Shown: positions 39,553 to 51,672 of the stretch, piece by piece
Layout of the letters: each line of letters opens with the position of its first letter
Position numbering within the stretch: position 1 is the stretch's first letter
Origin: Entomortierella parvispora E1425
Lineage: Eukaryota; Fungi; Mortierellomycota
Assembly (NCBI GenBank): GCA_020891255.1
Contig: BQFW01000012.1
Coordinates: 2,657,977 to 2,721,976 of the forward strand
DNA length: 64,000 bases
Direction: 5' to 3'
Made by a program: the position numbers and the translations under genes
The notes under the pieces: generated by a model
Databases searched by the model: none
Told to the model about the DNA's origin: nothing
The model's input: only the letters and a program-made list of their open reading frames with translations

Positions 39553-41016
39553 ATGGACACACTCTCCTCAACTGCCATCCGCAAAGTCAGTCGCGAGCTT
39601 CATTCCCTGGACAATGACCCCCCAGAAGGAATTCGACTAGTCGCGAATGAAGAATCCATTGCCGACATCCAAGCATGGATCAAAGGACCTGGTACGAATT
39701 CCGCGCATTTTACTACAGATGGCATTGATTGCAGGACATTACTCAAGAGTTTATTGGACTGACATTTGAGCTGTTCTTTTGCCTGGTTCTACTGAAAGAC
39801 GGAACGCCGTATGAGGGGGGTTGCTTTGGCGTTCGAATCCAACTGCCCTCCGACTATCCAGACAGTCCTCCAAAATGTAAGCAGGTTCTCTTTGAAATGA
39901 CCACAAGTGCATCATAAATCATACATATCATACATTGTATTAACTCTCCCACTGATACCATAGGCACCTTCACTACAAAGATCTTTCATCCGAACGTGTC
40001 GCTACAAGGAGATGTCTGTGTCAGTACTCTGAAGAAAGACTGGAAGAATGATCTTGGTCTTCGTCACATCCTTTTGGTAAGTATTGTTCGGCCCTCAGAG
40101 CGAAGAGATGATGACCGGTGTCAAGCACGCAGACCGCTGATTCTTTTCACCCTTATTTATTTTGTATCCCGTCTTGCAGGTGATAAAGTGTCTACTCATA
40201 GTGCCCAATGCAGAGTCTGCGTTGAATGAGGAAGCGGGGCGCCAACTCTTGGAAAGATTCGACGATTACGCCAAGCACGCTAGACTGATGACATCCATCC
40301 ACGCACGCTCCAATACCCACCTTATATTCCCACCTTCGACCTCAGTAGCCCCTGCCGCTGTAGACACGAGAGCTCAGGAAGTTGGAAAAGGCGCAGATAC
40401 CTCTATACCCACTGGCGTTCTAGGAGTGAAGAGAAAGTTGACAGAGGACTTTGACGAAGGCGTTCCTGGGTCCGATCAGCATGCTCGCCATCAGGTGACG
40501 ACACGGGGACGTATTCAACCAACCTCTTCACGGTGCCCAGTCTCTGCGGGCCCAACGAGTTCGCAAATATTACCACTGCCATGCCCTCTTTCATCTCCTA
40601 CACTGTATGGAGCAGGAGCAGGTGCAAATAGCCAGATTCTTGGCAAAGGACCTTGCTTGCAGGAGCACCAGAACTTGACCAAACCACAACAGAGCCAATT
40701 AGCGGATTTTAAAGGGCAGCCGAGTAAAACAACAGGGAGTAGCAGCGTTGCGAGCCCGGCGACCTTGCTACAAAGTACATCTGTTCAGCCTTCTGGTCTG
40801 AACTTATCCATAGCTGGGCTCCACATGCTAGATGGTACCAATATGGCAGCTTCCAGTACTAGCAGCAGTGTTGCACTGAGTGGCTCTGGCAGCGGTGGCA
40901 GTGGCAGTAGCAGGAACGGCGGGAGCTACAATAGTTTCAACGGCAGCACGAGCTGCAGGGATCACGTCGGGATTCTCACGACCGTGGATCGCAAGCGGGC
41001 GCTGCGGAGGCTTTGA
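39553..41016 (+). CDS. UBE2S: Ubiquitin-conjugating enzyme E2 S (UBE2S-like)
   Basis: IRKVSREL..L...[35 protein letters not shown] (catalytic Cys), [41 protein letters not shown], and terminal KRALRRL. Confidence 0.92.
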
Positions 41017-41202
41017 ATAAATGTTAAGGGGCAGCCTTCCCCAGTTTTCACTCTTTCCATTGGCTTCCAATTCGCGCCAGAAGGTGCGAGCACAACGAAG
41101 GACGGGAGAGTCTCCGATTGACCTCCCCCAAAATCAATTTCGATTCTTTTTGATCTTGATCCCTCAGCATTCTCTCCATCCAACGTCTGTCGAATTTTCA
41201 TT

Positions 41203-43178
41203 ATGCTGTCCATCACCCGTGCTCTCAAGGCCAAGGCCCCTTTGGCCCGCTCTGCTGTTCAGTCCATGGCTGTCCCTGCTCGCTTCTCCAACACCCGTCT
41301 CTACTCCTCCCACAAGGAGATCAACTTCGGAATTGAGGGTCGCGCAAAGCTCCTCAAGGGTGTCGAGGTCCTCGCCAAGGCTGTTGCCGTCACCCTCGGC
41401 CCCAAGGGTCGCCATGTTCTCATTGCCCAGCCCTACGGTACCCCCAAGATCACCAAGGTACGCTTTGCACGCATCTTTTGCATTGTCGGATACCAACAAA
41501 CTGCCTGTTATTCCCAGATCGATCTCTCCGGGAGCACCCTGCCCAGATCCGCTAACTCTGTTTATGTTTATTCGTCTTTTTAGGATGGTGTCACCGTTGC
41601 AAAGTCTATCACTCTCGAGGATCCTTTTGAGAACCTCGGTGCCAAGTAAGTGGTGGATCCCGAATTGAAGGTGTTTTTGTTCATGGCTCATTGTGCGTTG
41701 TTCTTACAAACACGTCTTTTGAGAATAGATTGATTCAGGACGTTGCAAACAAGACTAACGAAACTGCTGGAGATGGTACCACCACCGCCACCGTTCTTAC
41801 CCGCGCCATTTTCGCCGAGGGTGTGAAGAACGTCGCTGCTGGATGCAACCCTATGGATCTCCGCAAGGGTGTCCAGATGGCCGTTGATGCTGTTGTCGAG
41901 TTCTTGCGCGAGAACAAGCGTGAGATCACCACTACCCAGGAGATTGCCCAGGTCGGAACTATTTCCGCTAACGGCGATAAGGCCATTGGAAACCTTTTGG
42001 CCCAGGCCATGGAGAAGGTTGGCAAGGAGGGTGTTATCACTGTCAAGGATGGCAAGACCACTGAGGATGAGCTCGAGATCACTGAGGGCATGCGCTTCGA
42101 CCGTGGATACATCTCGCCTTACTTTGTCACTGATACCAAGTCCCAGAAGGTCGAGTTCGAGAAGCCCTTGATTCTCCTTTCTGAGAAGAAGATCTCTATC
42201 TTGCAGGACATTCTCCCCGCCCTTGAGGCTGCTGCTACCCAGCGTCGCCCTCTTCTCATCATTGCCGAGGATATCGACGGAGAGGCTCTTGCTGCTACCA
42301 TCCTCAACAAGCTCCGTGGCCAGCTCCAGGTCGCCGCTGTCAAGGCCCCTGGCTTTGGTGACAACCGCAAGTCCATTCTTGGAGACCTCGCTACTTTGAC
42401 TGGAGGAGTTGTCTTCTCGGATGAACTCGATGTCAAGCTCGAGCGTTTGACCCCCGACCTTCTCGGAACTATCGGCTCTATCACTATTACCAAGGAGGAT
42501 ACTATCCTTAACGGCACTGGCGCTGGTTCCAACGAGGCCATTGCTCAGCGCTGCGAGCAACTCCGCTCTCTTATTGCCGATCCCAGCACCTCGGACTATG
42601 AGCGCGAGAAGTTGGAGGAACGCTTGGCTCGCTTGAGCTCAGGTGTTGCTATCATCCGTGTTGGCGGACAGAGTGAGGTTGAGGTCGGAGAGAAGAAGGA
42701 CAGAATTGTGGATGCTTTGAACGCCACCAAGTGCGCCGTCGATAGCGGTGTCCTTCCCGGTGGTGGTACCGCTCTTTTGAAGTCGTTGAAGGTTCTCGAT
42801 GGTTTGAAGGGCGCCAACTTCGATCAGCAGCTCGGAATCAACATTATTCGCGCTGCTATCCAGGTCCCCTCCAAGACTATTGTTTCGAACGCTGGTGGTG
42901 AGGGTGCCGTAATCATTGCAAAGGTTGTCGAGAACGAGAGCTTTAACTTTGGTTACGACGCCGCCACTGGCGACTACGGTGACATGTATGCTCGCGGTGT
43001 CCTCGATCCCTTCAAGGTTGTCGTCACTGGTTTGAAGGATGCTGCCGGTGTTGCTTCATTGCTCAGCACTTCGGAGGCTATGATTGTCGATGCTCCCAGC
43101 AACAACAGCAGCCCTATGGGTGGTATGGGTGGCATGGGCGGTATGGGCGGTATGGGCGGTATGGGAGGAATGATGTAG
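41203..43178 (+). CDS. HSP60: Mitochondrial chaperonin Hsp60 (GroEL), 3 exons
   Basis: Presequence [11 protein letters not shown]...; [47 protein letters not shown]; (GGM)n tail. Confidence 0.98.
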
Positions 43179-43411
43179 AGAAAGCTAGACTATTTTTAAA
43201 TTTTAAATGAACTTTTTTATCACAAAAAATCACAAGCCACCAAAACAATTGGGACTGCCTTGCTGTGCACTGCTGATTCGGCATGCGGACATGACCGAGG
43301 GGATGCGCATCTGTTTGGTTGGTTCATCTCTTTCGTCCTCTCCGAGCCTGCCCTCATCACTCTACCACCTACTTTACCACCTTTCACCAATATCTCTGAA
43401 CATATCTGACA

Positions 43412-44184
43412 ATGGTAAGACTTACATCCTATTACTCGCCATGGCCGTTGTCAACATGTCAACATGGACGGGCTTTGTTCTAAACTTACCATTTCCCCTC
43501 AATTCTTGTAGGCTGGTCGTGTTATTGCTCAAATCATTGTCATGGGCTCCCAGATTGTCGGCAAGGCTTTCATGGAGGCCTACCGACAGGCTGCTGCCAG
43601 TATGTTCAATACAATTCTCAACCTTTGTCTTCTACAGGAGGTCGTGCCCTGTGTGGGAACGGTGTATTCACAAATTTCTTCGTTTTTTTTTTAGATGCCG
43701 CCAAGAACGGTGGTCAACATGCAGCTAAGAATGCTAGTGGCGGTGGTGGAGCCAAAGCTGCTGCTGCAGATGCTGTGACTCGCAAGACAGGAATGTCCAT
43801 GGATGAGGCCATGAATATCTTGAACATCACCAAGGAGGCTGACCTTGCCAAGATCACCAAGGTAGATTTCCAACCGCCCCTGTTCTTTCTCAGTGGACTC
43901 CGTCTTGACCATACATTTGTTATTCTTTCCTATCAATCTAGAACTATCAACACCTGTTCAAGGTGAATGAGAAAAATGACGGAGGATCGTTCTACCTCCA
44001 GTCCAAGGTCGTACGAGCCAAAGAGCGTCTGGAGATGGAGTGGGCTGCGGAGGGTAATCCTATGAAGATCGAAATTCCTAAAACCGCGGCAGAGGCTGCA
44101 GAGGCTGCAGCGGTAGAAGGGAAGGCAGCTTCAGATGCGGCTTCAAAAGCTGGATCATCATCGCCGCCACCTGGACAGCAATAG
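43412..44184 (+). CDS. PAM16: Mitochondrial import motor subunit Pam16/Tim16
   Basis: ATG micro-exon (43412, GTAAGA donor), then [63 protein letters not shown]. Confidence 0.93.
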
Positions 44185-44593
44185 ACGTCGTTGATCTTGG
44201 AAATACTTTGGCCCGAGGTTCATTGTAGATCAAGGACCAGGAGGGCAGACCCAGGACATCGACGCACAACAAAAGCTCGACATTTATCTTGTCCCAACAA
44301 TATACAATAATTCTCATTCTCAATAAACAGCATAGAAAGTACCCAACCGAGATCTCGTTTGAAGGGGAAATACTCAACGGCCAGATGCAGCAAAAAGATA
44401 CACCTATGACCAGAGGGACTTGCGTTGTAACAAAGCAAAACTAGGAACATCTATCAATCATGGCCCCCTCTAGCAGATCGGGCTTTTGATAAATGAATCT
44501 CCACGCAAACGTGCAGTTTGAATTCAGAAAACAAACGGAAGGATTTCTTTCTTTATTTATCCTCTGGAGAGAAAAATGATAGTGTTGACAAAC

Positions 44594-45877
44594 TTAGATC
44601 TTCTGCATGGCAGCCATATCCATGGACTGGACATAGTCCTCAGCCTCCATGATGGCCTCCTCGAGGACATCGAGAGAGACGAGCTCATCCTCAATGACGC
44701 AGTTGATCTGGAGCTTCTTGATACCGTAGCCGATAGGGACGAGCTTGGACTGACCCCACAAGAGACCATCCATGGTGATGCCACGGACGTGAGCCTCAAG
44801 AGCAGCCATGTCGGTCTCATCATCCCAAGGCTTGACATCGAGGGTGCACATAGACTTAGCGATGGTCTTGGGCTTGTTGGCCTTCTTGGCGGCGTACTCG
44901 GCGAGACGCTGCTGCTTGATCTTCTCGGCCTCCTCATCGACCTCCTCATCGTCAGAGCCGAAAAGATCGACATCCTCATCATCCTCGGCGGCAGCGGCAG
45001 AGCCAGCCCTGTATCATAAAAAACAAACATGATAATTAGAAATTGGTTCGGACAAGTAATTCTCATATCCCTCCATGACGAATCAAGACATACTTGGCAG
45101 AGAGACCCTTGACCTCAGCGATGTGCTTGTACCAGCGGGCAGCGTGGGGGTACGAAGCCTCGTTGGGGCCCTCGGTCAAAGCGTTGAAGACCTCAACATC
45201 CTTGTCAGTGGCCTCGAAACTAGAGCAGGGGTGACAAGAAGGTGCAGGTTGAAGAAGTTAGTATTTTTGGTCACCAGTTGTCCAATCCCTGGGCGGGCCG
45301 TGACCATGCGGCGTGGGATTGTGTCTCTCCTCTTCCAGAGCGTGAGAGTTATAATATGTCCTGCAAGCGAAAAGACAGCAAACAAATGGAACTAGACAGG
45401 CGCGTTCAAAACACCCGCAGTAGAGTGGTGCGGGGTCGTTTGGAAACCAGTAGATAAAGATCCAGGCGAGTGACTCAGAGGTGGAGGCCAAGCACGCGCC
45501 TCCATGGCGACGGATCTGAGAGATCAAATAAAAAAAGATCGAGCTGCGTGTTCTGACGGCGTGTCTACTGCACTTCCTGGCTCTCAAATAGGCTGGCCTA
45601 CCAGTCAACAGGAGCTTTTGCTGAAAGAATAGAGGTCGCTTGAGACGTGCAATCAGGCAGACCAGTACGTCCATTTGTACTGCTGCTCTTTCCTTCAACA
45701 ATCCTGCCTTGCGAGTAGAGACGCCGGGTGATGGCGTGGTGGGGGTGGACGAGAGCTGTGGAAAAAGCAGAAGCAAAAAAAACGAGGCTAAAGGTCTTAC
45801 CCAGAGACGTAGGAGCGAGCCTCGAAGAGGGAGTTGAGGATGGTGAAAGCCAAGGGGGAAGCGAAGGTGACAGACAT
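44594..45877 (-). CDS. EFB1: Translation elongation factor 1-beta, 3 exons
   Basis: MSVTFASP...ARSYVSG / [11 protein letters not shown]...[11 protein letters not shown] / acidic [60 protein letters not shown]. Confidence 0.96.
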
Positions 45878-46170
45878 GGTGGTGTATGGGATGTGGGATG
45901 AAGAGAAGAAGAAGAAGAAAGAAGAAAACAGAAGAAAAAGCAGGGGCGAAAGAAAAAATTTGACGCTGGGATTCTCTACACAGGGCTACTGCGTGTGATT
46001 TTTGCCGCTGTGTTTTGTCCTTTGGCCCGACTCTGTTTTCCGCCGACCAGAGGCTGCTGCGCCACTGTACGTGAATCCTGACTTCAAGGGTGAGTCCAGC
46101 GTGGAGTTCTGGCCGAGCCTTGTCAGCAGTGGTCTGCCTTTCAAACTGCATTACGGACCCCTTCATCACC

Positions 46171-47447
46171 ATGTTCCATCCAACAAGAGGAGGCAAGTCG
46201 TATTCCTGATACTGCCTGAAAGACACATTACTGGTCTGTTGCACTCCCCTCGAGTGCCAGTCTTGTAATTGTATAATTGACCTGCTGACTTTTGTGCATG
46301 CAATCAATAGGCACGCGCGGAGGACAGGACCAGTTCAAATGGGAAGACGTCAAAGAGGACAAGCACCGTGAGAACTACCTCGGTAACTCGCTTCTGGCGC
46401 CAGTAGGCCGTTGGCAAAAGGGACGCGACTTGACTTGGTACGCAAAAGCAAACAACGACTCCAGCGTTGATACCAGCGAGCAGGACAAGAAACGAGCAGA
46501 GATTCAGAGTATCAAGGATGCAGAGGCACAGGCTATGGCAGAAGCATTGTATGTGGCGAGTTCCTGGCTGTTGTCCCTGCCACTCTTTGACCGCGCAACT
46601 GATCAACATCTGAATTCGTTCTTAATTGTAGAGGCTACAAAACTGCAAAACGCAAGACAGAGTCGAGCGTGACTGAAAACGAACTTCAGTCAGTTATTCA
46701 CAAGAACGACGGCATGTCAAGTGAATTTGACGAGAAGCTCCAGGAATCATCTAGGGTTCAGGGCCTGGGATTCGAGTAAGCAAGGAGAAGTAGACGCCAG
46801 GGACTATTGGCATTCTCCTGAGCAACTTACTAAACAACTTGATGTTCCCTCATAGTCGTCGGTCTGGAATGGCAATGGACAGTCAGAAGGAAGCTTTCAG
46901 GACCAATTCGACAAAGCCAATCGCCTCGGTACCTCTAATCCCAGCGACGGCAACAATGTCAGCGACGAAGCATTCTGCCCGCGAGAGCCGCAATCCTACA
47001 GATCGTTCTTCGCGTGAACATCGTAAAACGCACCGACGATCTAGTCGGAGTGCAAGCCCATCCAGAAAAAGCAGCAGACATGACCGTGAAAGGAGTAGAA
47101 GTCGTGAAAGATCGAGGACTAGTGATCGACGTGAAGCCTCTTATCGAAGCAGGAATGATGACAGTACATCCAAAAGGCGAAGCACCGCAGAGGACAGGGG
47201 TGTCACAGAGAGCCGCGACCCTGGTGATGGTAGTAGTCGTAGTGACGAAAGGCGATCTGAGCACAGGAGTCACAGCCCCCGAGTTCGACATGAACGGAGT
47301 GAGAGAGTCTCGCGTGACGATGTCTCAAAAGTATCATCTACCAGAGAGAGGCGTCGTAGCAGAAGTACGAGTAGGGACAGACGTCGCCATGGCAGTACCA
47401 CAGAAAGACAAACAAAAAGCAGGAGAGATGATCGGACTCGTTCATAG
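46171..47447 (+). CDS. MMTAG2 / MMtag-domain protein with Arg/Ser-rich C-terminus (probable splicing-associated)
   Basis: Spliced [53 protein letters not shown], the conserved MMtag N-terminus; RS-rich last exon 46839-47447. Confidence 0.88.
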
Positions 47448-47481
47448 ATCTCTGTTAACTGTATAAAGTAAGAGTAGAGCA

Positions 47482-48474
47482 CTATTCTCCAAAACTAAAC
47501 GCGCTGTCTGATAAGCTGAGGTACACTCTCTTGTGCAGAGCCTTGCCTTGATCACCACCTGCTGCTCCAATTGCAACATGGAGGGGAAGAAGGTGGTCCA
47601 AGGACGGATGCGCAAGTCGGAGAAGGTTGGATTGCGCCAACTCTTGGATTGCTGCCTGTTCACGGCCCTCTTCAGTCTAACAACAAAAGCACTGGGTCAG
47701 CAAAAACAATAAAGGTTGCCGGAAATCACGATAGGACATTTACCTCTGTCAAAACAACTTTGTCCAAGAGAGCATCAAATGGAACAGCATAGGGAGCAAC
47801 GTCAATGCCAGCCCGCATCAATGATCCAATGTCCCTCAAATTATGAACCGCTGTTCCACTGGCCACAATAAGAACATTCTCTTGACGAAGCTGACGAAGA
47901 GCGCGACCAATCCTGACGTGGTATTCAAAAACCTTTTCTGCGGGTTGCCCACGCATGTCTGCGAGTGACATCTGGACAATTGGGATCTCTGGATTCGGCA
48001 AGATCCTCATAAACGGAACCCATAATCCATGATCAATCCCGCGCTCAGTTTCAGCTGCTGCTGGAATACCAGCGTTCCCGAGCATGTCCAGGACTCTGCT
48101 TGCTAGTTCAGGACTTCCTTTTGAGGGGTATTGCAACTTGTACATGTGATCCGGAAAGCCGTAAAAGTCATAGTACAACTGGTTCTTTTCAGATGTTCGC
48201 ACACGGATCACGCCATTGTCACCTTCCCAATGACCGGAAATCACCAGAATGGAAGAGGGAGCTGGATCCGAGAAAGAGGTCCACTTTTCTCCGAGTTTTG
48301 CAAAGAAGTCGGACGTGGGAGAACTCTCCACGGCTTGGTTAGGACCTATCAAGGAAGACAGGTGAGGAGCACACTCTCTTCCAGTCTGATTTCCATTAGA
48401 AACGCCTCGCGAGACCAACCTGCGTGGGAAATAAAATAGACAGGAAGTTTCTTCGAGCTGACGTCTGCTGTCAT
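47482..48474 (-). CDS. LigB-family extradiol ring-cleavage dioxygenase (DODA/YgiD type)
   Basis: LPVYFISHAG/P, ILVISGHWE, LYYDFYGFPDHMYKLQYPSKGSPELA, RGIDHGLWVPF, PIVQMS, ASGTAVHNLR, last exon AHPSLDHLLPLHVAIGAAG. Confidence 0.92.
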
Positions 48475-48892
48475 GGTTCTGGAGGAGGAGGAGTAAGTCG
48501 TGCTTAAAGAAAAGTCAGCTACACTGCTGGGAGTATGTCCTGATAGATGTGAACGTGTATGGAGTCAGAGTCCATATCATACAGTCTCACTTATAGGAAT
48601 ATGGCTGTTACCTTGGGGGAAAAAAAAGTTGATGGATCAGGATGACAGAGAAAACGGGGGAAAGACGCTCTGTATTTATTCAGCTTGGAAAATTGGATTA
48701 CTAAGTCATCGTGGTGGCGGTGGCTGAGAATCATGTACTTTTTTCTTGAATAGAATTTTAGAAATCACGCCTTAAATTTAGTCAGCCATCTGAGATTTGA
48801 GCAAAAAAAAAAAAAAAAAACACCATTGCACAGGGGTCTGACCACCAAACAGGCGAACTGGACACAACACTGCCGCTGGGCATGGCGAACCT

Positions 48893-50409
48893 TTATTTCT
48901 TCATTAATGGCTCCTCAAACCGCGCGTGGTTGATGATACCGCACATGCGCTCTGTGACATTGAAGGTGGACCATCCGGGCCCTGCACGGCAGTTTTTACA
49001 AAACTTCGAAGGATCCTTCTTGACAATTTTCTTCCACTCATAGAACTGTGAACGATCCGCCTCTTTGATGAATGTCGCCACCTGCTCGAAGTTATCAAAC
49101 CTCGATGCATCTATGAAGCTCCCCTCTGGCACAAAATCGGAGACATCCGCAGCCCCGAGATAGATCGGAATTGCCCCCACCTCCAGAGCGTTATAGATCT
49201 TTTCCGTCACGTAGCCTCGGCAGTTTGAATTCTCAGCTGCAAAGACAAAGGGTATCCTGCAAGAGCCTTCGGCTTCTTTGGTTGCCAATCGCCCCAGCCA
49301 CTTGGTAGATTTTCCTTGGCCAATCCTTGCGGGAGGACCATGTTGTTTTTAAGCAACCTCCATATGAGTGAGCACCGGTTTTGTTGATCAGTACTTCCAT
49401 GAGCTCATTGCGACGGTTCTTGGGCCAACAGTTGTCAACCAACATGACGACATAGTTCTCAGGCGTTTGATCTACTGGGAAGGCAGGTGGTAGGCTGGCC
49501 AGCTCTAGAGCTTTCTTTTCGGAGATGTCGTATATTGGCAGAGGAATGTCCATGATTGCAGGAGGAGAACCCATCGATAAATCGAACAAGTTCAAATAAT
49601 GAGGCAGCCCTATATGGGGGTAATAACCTGCCGACTCTCCTTGCCACCAGAGAACCCACTTTTGATGTGAAAGTCTTGGTGGCAAGTTCGCCAGATCGAC
49701 ATATGGCACTTGGTCAGACCAGTCGGAATACGGGTAGTCAAAAAAAAATGATGCTGGCGTCTTCAAAATCGGCATAGTTGGTGGTTATGATGTAGTCGAC
49801 TTCGCCGTAGTTGGAGGTAGTACAGGTTTGCTTCGGGTAGGAGACTTCACCATAGGCCAATGTCCACAAAATGCACGGGGCGTAGCCTACGTCCCATTTG
49901 ATATTCGAGTCCTGGATGCGGGTTTCCAAAAAGTGATCAAAGAACGGCTGCAGCACCAAGGGGATGGGGCACATGGTCAATGACTCTTTGGGCCAGTCGA
50001 CGCCGAAGGACGAGTGCCATGTGAAAATCTTGATGGGTTCCTTGTTACTTTTGGCAAGGTGCATCTCCCTTGGGTGTCGAGGCTTCACTAAATGGTTACA
50101 GAAGTCGACCTGATCTGTAGGCTTGATCGATAGGCCAGGGTCAGAATTGTTGAAGAGGTGAATTGCAGTCGGCCTCGGAGTTGGCGACGTTGCTGTCAGA
50201 TCAGAAGTTGGAGGACCAGAGACTGATATGATGGAGAGTGTAGAGGAAGTTCCTGCTTCTTTAAGCCCTATGACGGACGACGCACGAGTCGTCGAGTCAT
50301 CCTCGACTTGTTGACGAATGCGAAGCAGGTACAGCTGCAGTAGCACAATGGAGACGACAACGGCCCCGGCCGCGAGGCGAACAATTGCAGAGTGAGAGGG
50401 CCTAGTCAT
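48893..50409 (-). pseudogene. GT10 alpha-1,3/4-fucosyltransferase, interrupted by 2-3 frameshifts (pseudogene or assembly error)
   Basis: Type II TM anchor (VRLAAGAVVVSIVLLQLYLL), WQGESAGYY, SYGGCL, and the GT10 motif FVFAAENSNCRGYVTEKIYNALEVGAIPIYLGA are split over three ORFs with no intron signals. Shifts lie at a T9 run (49740-49748), an A5 run (49346-49350) and probably CCCTTT (~49247-49252). Confidence 0.85.
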
Positions 50410-50629
50410 GACTCGTTGTTCATGTCCTTCCTGCTATAATTTCCCAAGAACATTTGAGTGATCAGTTTCTGTTGATCAGATTTCCGTCTCTCTGATGGTC
50501 GACATTGGGTGCATGAACTCGTCACCTGGGAGGATGAATGACACAGAATCTGAACCGAGCAAAGAAGAGGGCTCTGCCCTCAGTGAGAATCATCTTTTCA
50601 CCAACCACGATGCTCCAAGGCAACGGTCA

Positions 50630-50660
50630 TCTTTATTTCCGTGCAAGGCAGGAAATAACG
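50630..50660 (+). repeat. 31-bp palindromic element, copy 1
   Basis: TCTTTATTTCC-GTGCAAGGCA-GGAAATAACG; 8-bp perfect stem TTATTTCC/GGAAATAA with 10-nt spacer. Confidence 0.9.
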
Positions 50661-51641
50661 ATGCAGGTGCGAGGTTGCAGGAACCTTCACCCTTCGACTC
50701 ATCTTCTGCTTCTAATAGACGTGACTCACAGGCTCGTTCGCTATTCTGCCTTTATCCAACCTCATCGCGTACTGTTTATGATCAAGAGAATGGTCATAAA
50801 TAGCGACCACACAATCTCGAAAGAGCGCGACCATGACTTCACGTATCAAAAGGTAGAGGAGAGGAGAAATTTCTGTTTTCATTTGCCTTCTCTACCACCA
50901 CTGGTGAGGATGGACTAGTCGCAAGGTTGTAGGACGATTGGTTGGATCTGATCGAAGGAAACTGCCGTCTTTCGCTTCAGGCACTGGATTTGACGCGACT
51001 GTTTTTGAGTGCTGATCGTTGTTGCTCGAAAATCTGTCTTCTGTGGTTGAATCGTAAGAATAGTCAGCCGTCGCCATCTGATGCAAAGTACTGTTTGATA
51101 GCAGAAGGTCAAAGCAGACCTGGCAATTGCCATTGGAAGGTCAAGACTGTCCTGTTCATAAAGGACACGATGATAGCCGAATGACAAAAGAGCTCTTGGA
51201 TCGAAGTGGATCCGCTCTGCGGAGTGGTTTTCTTACTCCCTTCCTTCAAAATGTATGTCGGGTTCATATGTCAGCGTCGGCTAATGAAACAGAAAAAGTG
51301 AACAGTCAGCATTAGCGAAATCAACTTCTCCATTATGGAATGGTTCTACAACCATTATAAGCAATACATGCCTCTCATTTGGCGCCTCCAAGCACGTTCT
51401 TGGAGGTCGGTGGGTGAGCATGAGCGCAGTTCCTTGAATAGAGGGAAATTCTGGGATTGCAGAACCCAGACACCGCCGGTGGATGAGCGTTCGTTCTTAA
51501 CATCTGCTGCTCCCTGAGGTGATGGTATAGCGTTTATGGAGGAAGGCCCTGTGGAGAATGAGAATTGAAGTGGGCAGACTGGCAGAGGTGGTGGAGGTAG
51601 GGAAAGGGTGCTCAAAGCTCTGGGGGGAGAGAAAGGTGAAA

Positions 51642-51672
51642 TCTTTATTTCCGTGCAAAGTAGGAAATAACG
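51642..51672 (+). repeat. 31-bp palindromic element, copy 2
   Basis: TCTTTATTTCC-GTGCAAAGTA-GGAAATAACG. Confidence 0.9.

Noticed and set aside
45222-45800. Intronic box C/D snoRNA in EF1-beta (yeast EFB1 hosts snR18)
   Set aside because: No RTGATGA box C paired with a CTGA box D found on the sense strand; an H/ACA RNA cannot be excluded by eye.
50890-51500. Gene on the minus strand downstream of palindrome copy 2
   Set aside because: Fragments such as ERIHFDPRALLSFGYHRVL look protein-like, but no consistent exon chain or family could be built.
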